From positions 1 to 64,000 of the forward strand of contig MU008234.1 in NCBI GenBank assembly GCA_010909165.1: a DNA stretch of 64,000 bases, in the 5' to 3' direction. How positions within the stretch are numbered: the first letter of the stretch is position 1; each line of letters begins with the position of its first letter. The DNA is from Anthoceros angustus (Eukaryota > Plantae > Anthocerotophyta). The notes beneath the pieces were generated by a model, which worked only from the letters and a program-made list of their open reading frames with translations, was not told the origin of the DNA and did no database searches. Positions 1 through 11,089 of the stretch are shown piece after piece. A program made the translations under genes and the position numbers.

Positions 1-658
1 GGAACCACAATTTCCATGCACGGCACCCTGCCCTGGCACCGATTTCAAGCACTTTCCTTACGTGAATCCCGATGTGAAGGGCGGCAAGATCGCCTATGGG
101 GTGGTTGGCACTTTCAATTCGCTCAACCCGTTCATCATCAAAGGCTTTCGTACGACGGCACGTGGCATGTGGGATCCCGAATACGGCAATTTTGTTATCG
201 AGCCGCTGATGATGCGCTCAAGGACGAGCCCTTCACCATGTACGGCCTGATCGCCGAGACTGCCGAGTGGGATGAGGCAAGGACATTCATTCAATTCAAT
301 CTCAATCCCAAGGCGCACTGGTCCGATGGCAAGCCGGTCACGCCGGAGGACGTGATGTTCTCCTTCGAACTCATGCGCGATAAGGGCCGGCCGCCATTTT
401 CGACCCGGCTCGACAAGGTTGCCAGGATGGAGAAGGTCGGCGAACGCTCGGTGAAGCTCACCTTCACCAAGGATGCCGACCGCGAGTTTCCGCTTCTGCT
501 CGCGTTGTCGCCTGTATTTCCCAAGCATGCGACAAAGGTCGAGGGTTTTGACCAGACCTCGCTGGTGCCGCCGGTCGGATCCGGTCCCTATCTCGTCAAG
601 CAGATCCGGCCAGGGAAAAGATCGTCTATAACCGCGATCCGAACTATTGGGCAAAGAA
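1..658 (+). CDS. yejA: Bacterial (alphaproteobacteria-like) peptide/microcin C ABC transporter substrate-binding protein, YejA-like; internal fragment with frameshifts
   Basis: Joining frames across indels near 215 and 615 gives GGKIAYGVVGTFNSLNPFIIKG...EPLMMRS / KDEPFTMYGLIAETAEW...FNLNPKAHWSDGKPVTPEDVMFSFELMRDKGRP...PPVGSGPY...KIVYNRDPNYWAK. These are family-5 extracellular solute-binding motifs. The sequence is GC-rich, intronless and stops abruptly at 658. Confidence 0.8.
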
Positions 659-861
659 TTTTATAGACCACTTATTGTTTGATAGATGTTCAATTTTTGA
701 CCACTTATTGTTTGATAGATGTTCAATTTCAGCACTTATTGTTTGATAGATGTTCAATTTTATAGACCACTTATTGTTTGATAGATGTTCAATTTTACCG
801 AGCACTTATTGTTTGATAGATGTTCAATTTTATACACCACTTATTGTTTGATAGATGTTCA
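659..861. repeat. Tandem array: 6 copies of cacttattgtttgatagatgttc(aatttt), period 31-35 bp
   Basis: Unit starts at 669, 702, 733, 768, 803 and 838, with only a few variable bases between cores. Confidence 0.95.
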
Positions 862-991
862 CGAGGTGGAGCGTGGCGAGGATGAGCAACTTAACAAACC
901 ACTTCTTGTTAGGCTTTCCTAAGGTGCAAGCGTTGAAGGTGGGCAACTCAACCAACCACTTAGATGATGGCTCCTTTATAGATGACCTTGA

Positions 992-1225
992 ATACTAGAT
1001 ACTATAGGATATTTGATATTTCCTTTCTAGCATCTTCAAATTGTTTTCTTGTGATAGGTACTATAAATGGATATTTGATATTTCCTTTATGGCACGCTCA
1101 AGTTGTTTTCTTGTAATACATACTATTAATGGATATATGATATTTCCTTTCCAGATGTTCTAATTGTTTTCTTGTGGTAGCGATATTATATTTATATTTG
1201 GTATTTTCTTTTGTGGTATCTTTGA
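992..1225. repeat. Degenerate AT-rich tandem repeat, ~60-bp unit, 3-4 copies
   Basis: The motif tacta..atggatatttgatatttccttt...ttgttttcttgt recurs at about 1000, 1060 and 1120. Confidence 0.7.
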
Positions 1226-2726
1226 ATTTCTTTCACGCTTTCGTATTGGTCCATCTTAGTAACAAAATGGCATGGTTGTGCAACTTAATAATTAAGTCTC
1301 CTCACTTGCCTTCTTAATGTACAACATGTCAATTGGAGAACTAAACTACACCAAATGTCAGTAGGAATAGAAGTTGATGTGGAATAGTTACCACACGTGA
1401 TTAGACAAAGGCATTTGTTTCGTTCCTTGATGAACTTTGTGACGTGAACTAAGCAATGTCATGCCTAACACTTCAGCCCAAATGTGGTAACATGGTCATA
1501 GTTTTAACCTTATTAATGTTATGAATTGCGTGCTAAACTTACGTCAACTTAAGGCTGGCCTTGATTGCCACGAACCTCTTATGTTGAAGCTCACGATGGC
1601 CTCCCAAAACTGCTTCTTACTAAGGGCTGTCCATGGCATTCAAACCTTCATCAAAAGGAGCCATTCGTATATCTAGTTTGGCACCGAAATCTTTATCAAG
1701 GTGCCCAATATTGCAAGGTGCAAGCGGCAATTAGGAGACCCCAATACTTTAGTGTAGATGAGACCATCCAATTTGTACACCTTTGACATAAAGAACTACT
1801 CATCATATTATGATTTCAAGGATGATTTCAAGGACTATCAAACTACGTAGGGCAGAAAACAAACCTAGACTTGTAGGATAAGAGGTTAGTCGAGAGAGAC
1901 TTTGCGTTGTGGAATAGTGGTTTGACCTACTTTGGGCTTTTCTTGTGAATACATAAGCATTGGGATTCTCATCTTATCTCCATTTTCAAATTTCATGGCC
2001 AAACGGAAAAAACATTACTACAATAATATAAATTAAACCACTAGCACAACAAAAATTAAGGCATAATAAAAAAAAAAAGAATAAAACATAAAACATAAAA
2101 CAAAACAAAACCTCAAACAACGTGCAAAACAAGAGAGAACCTTGTGCATCTTTTGAATCTTTAGACATTTGGCTTGGGCTCGATATCGATCCCCCGCTCC
2201 TTCTTGTCCCGGTGGTAACACATATCAAGGCGGTTTCGCCGTGCATTGAACTTGAGAATTTATGGTCTTGGTAATGACATTGTTGCACCAGGCTGCAAAG
2301 GAGTTTCTCAATAGGCTAGAGGTCGATGGTCGCTGTTCGAGCCTTCCGGCTTGGAAAGGATCTGGTAGAGACCGCATATTGATTATGACTTTTCACTCCA
2401 TGGATGATCGCCTCAGTTATGAAGGCTAGGTCTATGTTACGGATTTACCTTATATATCAATCGATCTTACACCATTGCAATGGAAGATTAAGAAGGAGAA
2501 GTTACGCTTTGAGCTGCTCGTCTGCAAGTCAACGGCTTTCATGGGGATGAATTTGTGGTGTTTAGCCCTCGTTCATGCATTTCATTAACATTATTGATTG
2601 ATTGAAGATTATTTGTCTTGTTTGAATTTTACCTTTGCATTCGTCTAGACCATTTTACCGCAATCTATGTAGTTGCCATATTTCAATCCTATGATTTAAG
2701 ATCCGTCCTTAGTGGACTTGAATAAA

Positions 2727-2876
2727 TTTCTTCTTCTTCCTCTTCATCTTCTTCATTTGTTCTTCTTGTTCTTCTTGTTCTTCTTGTTCTTCTTCTTCCT
2801 CTTCATCTTCTTCATTTGTTCTTCTTGTTCTTCTTGTTCTTCTTCTTCCTCTCTTCATCTTCTTCGCATCTTCTTC
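2727..2876. repeat. (TTC/TTG)n pyrimidine-rich microsatellite
   Basis: Run of ttcttcttc/ttcttgttc; it produces the spurious F/L/S-rich ORF 2712-2909. Confidence 0.9.
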
Positions 2877-3715
2877 TTACAGTTATTAATTGTATTTAGA
2901 AAACTATGAAACTTCTTCACCTCTAGGTATTGTATGTATACATGTTTAGTATAGTGATTATTTTCACTAGCATAGTAAATAAAAATTATTTATTTAATTA
3001 TTTATGTATGCTATTCTTTGCAACAACAAAGAAACATACAACCATATTACATACATATCAGGCCCTTCTTGTTTCCACCTTTAAATTTGCATACCTAAAT
3101 TGTGCTAACATGAAGTCTTGCGCAATCTCGCATCACTTGACCATGGTACACATCTAGCTCCGCATCCAAGACCTCTGCACTTTTGACTATGGGGAGGTCG
3201 TTGGCTACCTCTCCTCTTCCTATAACATGTGCCACACTCCCATTTGGGGGTCGTTGGTTTGCCGCTTGTATTATCATTCGCATATCAATTGCCTCAATGG
3301 TCATTGGTTTGCCATCAAGATCAAGTGGTTGTTTGGCTTAGTGGTTCGACGAGCGCAGAAGAGAACCACAATAGTAGGGTTGCAACAAAGTCGGGCTCAA
3401 GTATCACAAAGTTAGAGACTTCAACTTAAAGCGTGAGACAAGATCAAACAACAAAATCCAAATGTAAAATTGAAGTTCAAAACCGCCCAATCATATATCG
3501 ACAAGCTAGGGCACAAGTAACACTAAATATGCACAAGTTCCACTAAGTACTTAAGCATCTAACTGCACACCAAAGTGTGTAGTTACAAACCTTGGAGGTT
3601 AAGTAGGGTGCGATTCGTCTTGCTACACGCTCAGAAGTCGTGTGTCAACACCTCGAGCCCCGCCTCGAGAACCTCGTCCTTGGCAGCGCCCCGCATTGGA
3701 TGAGAAACACGCTTT

Positions 3716-3977
3716 TCTTTTTATTGAGCTTGATCAAGTCATCAAGACTCAATTTGCCTTCCTTAGCGCGGTTCCATACATATGGTGACCGCCACCGTCC
3801 TTTGCCTTAAGCTTGATCAAGTCATGCTTATTCTTTTATTGAGCTTGATCAAGTCATCAAGACTCAATTTGCCTTCCTTAGCGCAGCGGTTTCATGCATG
3901 TGGTGACCGCCGCCTTGCCTTAAGCTTGATCAAGTCATCCACATTCTTTTATTGAGCTTGATCAAGTCATCAAGACT
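3716..3977. repeat. ~115-bp tandem repeat (about 2.3 copies) with palindromic core agcttgatcaagtcat
   Basis: ttttattgagcttgatcaagtcatcaagact occurs at about 3718, 3834 and 3946. The core occurs five times. Confidence 0.85.
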
Positions 3978-4031
3978 TAGATGACCACAACGTTGTCTTA
4001 GGTCCTCGAGCAACTCATAATTATTGCTTGG

Positions 4032-7000
4032 TGTGGAACGAAGAATTTGTCACCCAAGACGCGGGCAGGGAGACCGACGCCAAGGATGAATAGTGGGTTC
4101 AAAGTGTAGGTAGGTAGGTCGATAGAAACAGGTAGGAAGATGGTAGGACGTCCGAGGAGTTCGGGACTTAATCAATCGGCCTGTAGGAGGTTCGATCGGG
4201 TAAGTATGGGTAGATAGCATATATAGGCATGATAGGTTCTAAAGTTCCTTGGACCATGGGGAGTAGGAATATTTGGGGATAGGAAGTTCCTTGGCCTTCA
4301 ATTATTTAGGTTCGCATGGCTATATGCCAAAAGGGCTAGTTAAGTTGTAGATGGAAAATGGCTGTGGAGTTTTGAACCGGACACGTGGCGCCCATCGTGA
4401 GGAGCGCATTAAGGCAGCGGTATGTACCGCAAACTCGTTAGCTGTGGTTTTGAACGGGGCGCCTTCAGCAAACCCGCAGTCGGGGCGCCGAGGGAGTAAG
4501 TGGAGTTGCGCTCAAGAAGGAAGGCAGAAGTGAGCGGGCGCCTTCACCGATTGCAAGCGCTGCAGCCGAGGAGCGCGAACCTCAAGGCGCGAGGAGCGCG
4601 AGGCATCGGAGGAGCTAGGGGCATGAGCGCGGAAGGAGTTCTGAGGGGGGATCCGCAAGGCGCTGAAGTGGAGGTGCTCGAGGAGGCGATTGTGTAGAGG
4701 CGCCGAGGGGTGAGCTTAAGGCTACCGACGCCAAAAGGCGAGCAAGGTGGAGAAGTTGCTGGAGGGGAGATTGAAGGGGCCAAGGCCACCTCTTAGTGGT
4801 TGCGTTGAGGCGACTGCCGAGGAGCGCGGAACTCCCCTTGCTGTGCTGTCTCACCCAAACCACCACCTCTTTGCTCTCCACTCTCTAGCCCCGATAGATT
4901 ACTCCAATCTCTCCAATTTTGCTATCCTTGTGTGTGCTCCCTGCGATGGTAAAGATAGTGAGGACGGGAACGGGTACTCACGGGAGGAAACCTCCGCCGC
5001 CACACCGCAAAGGGAAAAGGTAAGAAACACCCACCCCGAGTTCGAGTGTAGGCCGCCCAAATTTCACCTCGAGATTTGAGGCGTCGAGCGCGCCCGAGAT
5101 GAAGATGGAATGGCTGTACTTGGTACCGGGTGGCACTTTGCAGCCCCGCCTTGGTTCAGAGTGTGCGCTTTAATGAGAGTGACCAAGGACGGCCGCCGGA
5201 GGATGCGACAATCAAGTCATCCCGGGATGTGGAAGGTACGCATTTCCGTGATACGATTTGATACCGGAAGCCCACAAGGGAGGGATCCCGCGGCCTCCAA
5301 GAATCGATCCCGAGGAGGTTATGAGTATGTTCCGACCAAAGGAGGAAGTATGGTCGCAAGGCAATGGCTGGAGGATCTCTTTGTTCAAGGAGCGGAAGTG
5401 GAATTTATTCGCCAAGATATGGCGACTAACGGCGCTGCGAGGAAGACGACTGGAAATTCCCATTTAATGATGATGTATGAGATGTCTGTGGAAGTTGGTG
5501 GATTGGGCCACCATTCAGATGAACAAAGGTTGCGCACAAACCATTTGGTGATGGAGGGAGCAAGAATCGCTTTGTCTCTACCTTCCTCGACACCTATATC
5601 GAGGGAGGAGGTTCTTACACCGACGAGTGGAAGAAGCCAAGATAGAAGCTACTCCGTGAGGGTAGCGGAAGGAGAGCCACCGGCCCTGAGGATGAAGAGA
5701 CAGAGAGGCCCCGGGCAAGAGACCGCCACGCCGCAACCAACATGAGGCCTCGGGATCGTGAACCCAACAAGAGAAAGGGAAGAAGGCCATAGAAGCACCT
5801 CCTACGGAGGAAGGAGGAAAGGATACGAGACCACCTACCAGGGGTTGAGGATTGAAGGCCGACAACACCGTGGTAGGAGTGAACCCCTACGAGGGACCTG
5901 TGGAGGATGAGGACCTACGAGGAGCTTTACCTCCCACCAAGAAGTAGTAACAAGACTTGAGTGTGACGGAGAAGAAGAGGAACGCGGTGACCCACGCACC
6001 AACGGAGGAGCGAGGAAGTGGAGAATGCATCCTGAGGGTAGTTCCGAGTCAAGGAAGTGGGCGCAGGATCTATGGACGCCCTAGTGGACCGTGTCGGAGG
6101 TGGCCAAGTTCGTCCGAACTCGAGACCTACGAAAGGAGCCGGAGGATGCCGAGAAGAAATTGAGAGGAGCTCAAAACCACCTCCGAGAAGCAACACTGCG
6201 TGCTAGATCCGCCAAAGAGCGCGACAGATGACCACCAAGTTGGTGAATGTGTGGAAATGATTGACCGTGTCTTAGGGGAGGCAAAATCAGCCAAGAGGCC
6301 GAGGAGTTGGAAGCCAGAAGGAGGAAGTTGGAAGCTACCCTAGCAAGGGTAGGACACATCGAACGCAGCAAGGAGGAGGCAAGATTCATAGCAAGCGGGA
6401 CCTTGAAGACGAAGGACCTCCTACGAAGAAGTTAGTTGCCATGGAGCAACGGAAGGAGCATTACAAGGAAAATACGACGCTTGGTGAAGGAACGACAAGG
6501 ATGGGACAATGTGACTAAGGGTCACAAAGAGGAGCTTCAGACACGAGAGAACTTTTGGAGCAAAGAAGAAGAACGACCTTACCCACGCCTATGAGACGGA
6601 GGCAAGGAACTCGAAGGAAGTTTTGATGGCCCAACGATCTTTGGAGGGTCTTGTCATTCGAGGAGGCGAGGCGATCACGCCATAGTGAAACGCATGGCGA
6701 TGGAAGCCATGGAGAAAGATAAGGAGATTGGGAGGCTTGCCCGGAGTTGGAGGAGCGAGTGGAGAAAGAGGCCGCATTGGTAGGAGTGACAAATCAGCCG
6801 GTGGGACGAAAAGGCCATCCCACTAAGGGTCCGCATCATGGACGACAAAAGAAGGAGAGTGGTAGGGTGGCGACCTACTACAACAACCTCCTAGAAGCGA
6901 TTGAGGAACGCCATGGAGGAAGACGAAGAAACAGACCTCACTGCTCGACGCAAGTGGAATGGCACGGAGGTAAACTTTGAGTTGGTACAAGGAAAGCCAG

Positions 7001-8410
7001 TGGGCTAGACATAGCCGAGCAAGCGAGTCAAGAAGCACCTACGGCGAGAGAACCTCCCGAGACGGTGGAGCTATGCCGGGAGGAAGAGCCGATGGTAGGA
7101 TGGTACCAAAGTTCCTACTGTAGGAACTGTGAAGAGGAGGAGGTGACCCGAAGGAAGGGTACCTCCGTCACGAAACAGCCGTGAGGGAAGGTACCCCATA
7201 GCAAGATCCGAAACAGAGTAGGAGACGAACCGCCTACCAAGAAGACGAGAACAGAGGGGAGGAACCCATCGAGGATGAACGAGTAGGAGGAATGGAACCT
7301 CCTACCACTGGAAGACCTACCATGAGGGGGCCGACGAGGCTACTGTGCATAGTCCCGAGAAGACTCGGAGGTGGGCAAGGCTAAGACCCATCAAGGGGAA
7401 GACATTGAAGCTGCGAGGCTAACAAAAAGCCGAACGAGGATGTCAGGACCTTTTCGAGGACGTTTTGTCCCAAGTGGTACACCTTGGGAAGTGTGAGTAT
7501 TTAAGAGTGGCGATAGACAGATAGGATATTCGGTCAAGGTGAGGATCGAGCCGAGAGGACGAACTGTAAGGGGCCGACAAGAGTCCTATTGTTGGACTTG
7601 GCAAGTCGCCTAGCATTAAACTAGCACGAGTGGCCGACTCCCCACCTATAAAAGGGAGGGTGGAAGAATGAATAAACACCGACCTTGCTTTGTCATGCAT
7701 TCTTCGCCTCCCGCATCCCTTTGTGTGTGTGTGCTGACCGCCGTCGCCAAGCGACGAGAAGGCGAAGGGTGGGGTTCGTCGAGGCCCCTCGGTGGGGTTC
7801 GCCAACGCAGCTCCTCCTCGTGAAAGATTGTTGTTGGATGTGCTTTGTGTTCTGGGTGGCCTCGAGGATCGGCCGACTACGCCGCTGTGTGTTCGTACAC
7901 GCAATCGCCCGAGAGAAATACCCAGCTAGCCGTCACCCTGTGCCAGCAAGGGAGGCGCGCAACCGCGAACGCTACGGTAGAGTTAGATTTGGGGATCGAA
8001 TGAAGTGAGTCTATGTGGTGGTCTGTGAGCTATGTTTCTTTTGAGAATGGTGAAGAGGTTGGCTATGGGTGTGTCGTAGAGTGAATTGATTGTAGTTGGC
8101 GGAGAGTGTTGAGGTGGAGGGAATCCGAAGGCGTGGAGCGCTGGGCCGAATAACCCAAACGCATAACACCGCTTTGTTGCCCACACGAGGACAAGTAGAC
8201 GTAATGACGAGAGTGAGAGAGTGAGAGGAACGACTCAAAACAATCCGAACCAAATCTCTTGGGATCGAACCTACGATTCAACGACGTGGATAAGTGTGGC
8301 CACCGAGGCGAGCTCCGTGACCGAGGCAAACCTACCACATTTTTGGCGCGCTGTCGGGATTTCGTTTGAGGATTGTGTGAGTGAATGATGATAGAGGGAG
8401 TAAACGGGAC
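4032..8410 (+). repeat. 5' LTR of Gypsy family 1 (~4.4 kb)
   Basis: Starts with TGTGG at 4032 and ends ...aaacgggaCA at 8410, about 100 bp before gag. TATA-like boxes lie at ~4219 and 7647. The 3' end is inferred because the partner LTR is truncated. Confidence 0.75.
4946..7400 (+). pseudogene. Long frameshifted ORF inside the U3 region of the family 1 LTR: conserved N-terminal domain plus E/K/R-rich coiled-coil-like C-terminus; unknown function
   Basis: Pieces include MVKIVRTG, ISPRDL, EMKMEWLYLVPGG, SQGNGWRISLFKERKWNLFAKIW and (in the 3' LTR copy) VDWATIL...REEVLTADELEE. It is repeated from 15465 and is homologous to the ORF at 50869. The end is approximate. Confidence 0.7.
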
Positions 8411-8517
8411 ATTGCGAGTCGTCATCCCCCTTTCAACTCGTGCGAAAGGGCGCCGAAGGGATGAGTATCGACGGATAGAGGCAATCCCGGAGAGGTTAGC
8501 CGAGCCATCGCGCCAGA

Positions 8518-10560
8518 GTGGAGGTAAGCGAAGCGGTGAAGCGGAAGCTCGCTGAGGAAGAAAGTACGGTACAACGCATCGCCACCACGGTTGTCTCGAT
8601 TGTTTTGCGGGAGAAAGGTCCGACAGCGCCTACTCCACGGACGGGAGCCGTGGTACTTTGGAACATCAAGAAGGAGCGAACCGAACGAGGCCGAGCTCAT
8701 TTCTTTGCGAACCGAGAGTCACGACTGGAGTTAGTATCACCCACGAACGGTGTGAAGGACTCGAGGGGAAGTAGGTGGTCCCCGCCACCACGTCCGAACG
8801 CACTGCATCCTCTTCGACACCGACACCTTAGAAGATTTTTCGACTCGAGCGACGAAAACGCCTTGTTTGATGAGATCATCTCGGAGGGGAGTCAACGAGC
8901 GACACGCTGAATTTGTTACCGAGAGGGCTCGGAGGCAGCCATACGGGCGGCGTTGATCGCATCACAGGGAGCAAGGATTGGGACACTTACAATCGATAAT
9001 ATCTCGATCATTTGGCTCGACAGGAAGTTGCAATGTATGCACGAGGCGCGAGAAGAAGCAAGAATTGTGGGAGGAGCGAAGACACAATCAAGTCCACAAC
9101 CCACGAGCAAGAGCTGCCCGAGTTTCTCACTTACTCGGTGTGACGACCGGTTCGCGACGACACACTTGCCCATAGCCATGAGCGGAGCGGAGGAGCGACC
9201 GAGGAGCAAGCCCCATCACCCGCACACAAGGCCATATCCCAAATTTGGATCCAAGGAGGACGACATCGATGCCGAAAGTTTTGTAAAACTTTTGAATCCA
9301 TCTCGAGGGCTAACATCGAGGATTCCTCGATGATCGGGTAATGGATTTTTCCGGATCTATGCAGGACGCGCAACAATGGTATGCCGAAGTTCTCTACCCC
9401 ACCCACCTTGGCCGTGTTGAGCTGATTTTTATTCGTTTCGTGGTTTGAGCCACACTACCCATGTGTTAACAAAACTTCGCACTCTGAAGCGAAAGAAGAA
9501 AGAATCCTTGCTCGATTATGTGGAACGGTTTTACAGCTTTCTGGAGAAGATACCTCCGAGAGTGGACAACACGGGAGGAGAATCACAAGCGTATTCGGAA
9601 GAACAAGCGTTGGATTGGTTCGTCTGTGGACTACCACGAAAGATGGAGATTCACTGCCGCAGGGGCAATGATACCTTGGAGGAAGGCATTCGAGCAGCCG
9701 AAGCATGGGAGGCCGCTCTACTGGGGAGGAGAAGACGGAAGAAAACGAGTGACAAGAGGAAGAAAGGGAAGAGACATCAGTCTTCAAGTTCGTCAGAAGA
9801 ATCGACGACCGAGGACACTCAGTCGGAACCATCATCAAGAGAATTCAACATCCGGGACGGATGATAGCGAATCGAAGAACATCATAAGCGAGTGAAAAAG
9901 ACTTGGAACATTTGTCAAGAAGAAGGAGAGAGACAAGAGAAACGCCACGAAGGTTGAGAAGGGAAAAGGGAACGAATGGAAGGTCGTCCACCAAGACACC
10001 AATTTGGAAGATGTGATGAAACGGCCGCGACATCGAGATCAAATTAGTCAAGAATCGACCGACGACGATCTCCTTCCCTACCCGGCAGAAGTCTTTTGTA
10101 GCAATTGTCATCGCCGCCATACGTGAATGCCGCCTCAAGACACGATGGGTCAATCGTGGAGTACGATCTAGACCCATACTATTCGGGAGAGGAGGTGTAT
10201 GATGCGTGCCGTGACAGAGCTCGACCTCAATCCATGAGAGCCACCTATCAACCCAAGATCACCCAAAGGGATGAGGTATGGTCCAAGGCAATCGCGAATC
10301 AATGGCGACGAATCCTCTCAACGACCCTGAATGTACCGTCGGCCATTGTTACAACTGTGCGATCATTATGCATGTCCGTAACCAAGGCGATTGGGTACAC
10401 CCTTCTCAGTTTGCAAGGCGCCAGTCATATAGCGGAGATGCAAGATGTACGGGCCCAAGACCATTCTCGCTGCACTGTGGGTACGATTCGCTAACCTGGG
10501 TGACAGAGGAGATTCCACCAAACCCAGAGCCTCTCGTGCCCACCCCTCGGTATTGACAGG
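8518..10560 (+). CDS. gag: Gypsy Gag (retrotransposon gag domain plus Cys/His knuckle region), frameshifted
   Basis: LRTLKRKKKESLLDYVERFYSFLEKIP...EEQALDWFVCGLP...TLEEGIRAAEAWE; degenerate CCHC knuckles at about 10340-10480. Confidence 0.8.
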
Positions 10561-11089
10561 AAGTAGAAGACGGCGAACGAGAGGAGCAAGAAGGCAATGG
10601 TTGGAAGTGCAGGAAGTGGACTCGGGTATATCTCCGGAGAAGACGAGTTAGTCGCACGCGCCACTGGCCAAGACGGAAGGAGGGACGACACTCGACAAGG
10701 GAATGCTCGAAATTGGAAGTTCGGCGGAGATGGGCGAATCCGAGCGAAAGAAAAGAAGAAGAATGCCGAGGAAGCATCGAGAGATGAAGAAACGGCCGAG
10801 ACCGGGGCCCGAGGAGGGCGGTCCGGCTTCAAATTGCACCGACATCGCCGAGGTGGCATGCTCGCCAATTACGGAAACTCACTCAGCGAAGAAACATGCA
10901 CCCCGTAAACCATGGGTCCAGAGGGGAGTGATGAAAAGATGGAGGGTTACCGCTCAAGAAGAAGTAATCGCGAGGAAAAGAAGACCCTCTCAAGAAAGGT
11001 CACCGCTTTGCGACTCGTTGGATCAAGAATTCCTTGTGACATTTCGACAACTCTTGTCCGACAACCCCAAGTATCGACGATGATGCGAG

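Noticed and set aside
659-861. CRISPR-like array next to a bacterial gene
   Set aside because: Inter-repeat segments are only a few bases and are not unique spacers, and there are no cas genes; it is a plain tandem repeat.
2712-2909. Hydrophobic 'membrane protein' ORF (also 1986-2288)
   Set aside because: It is a translation of the TTC microsatellite or A-rich tract.
1270-3450. Possible degenerate transposon coding fragments (e.g. 2283-2550 plus strand, 3095-3304 minus strand)
   Set aside because: Short, with stop codons, and no motif could be assigned with confidence.
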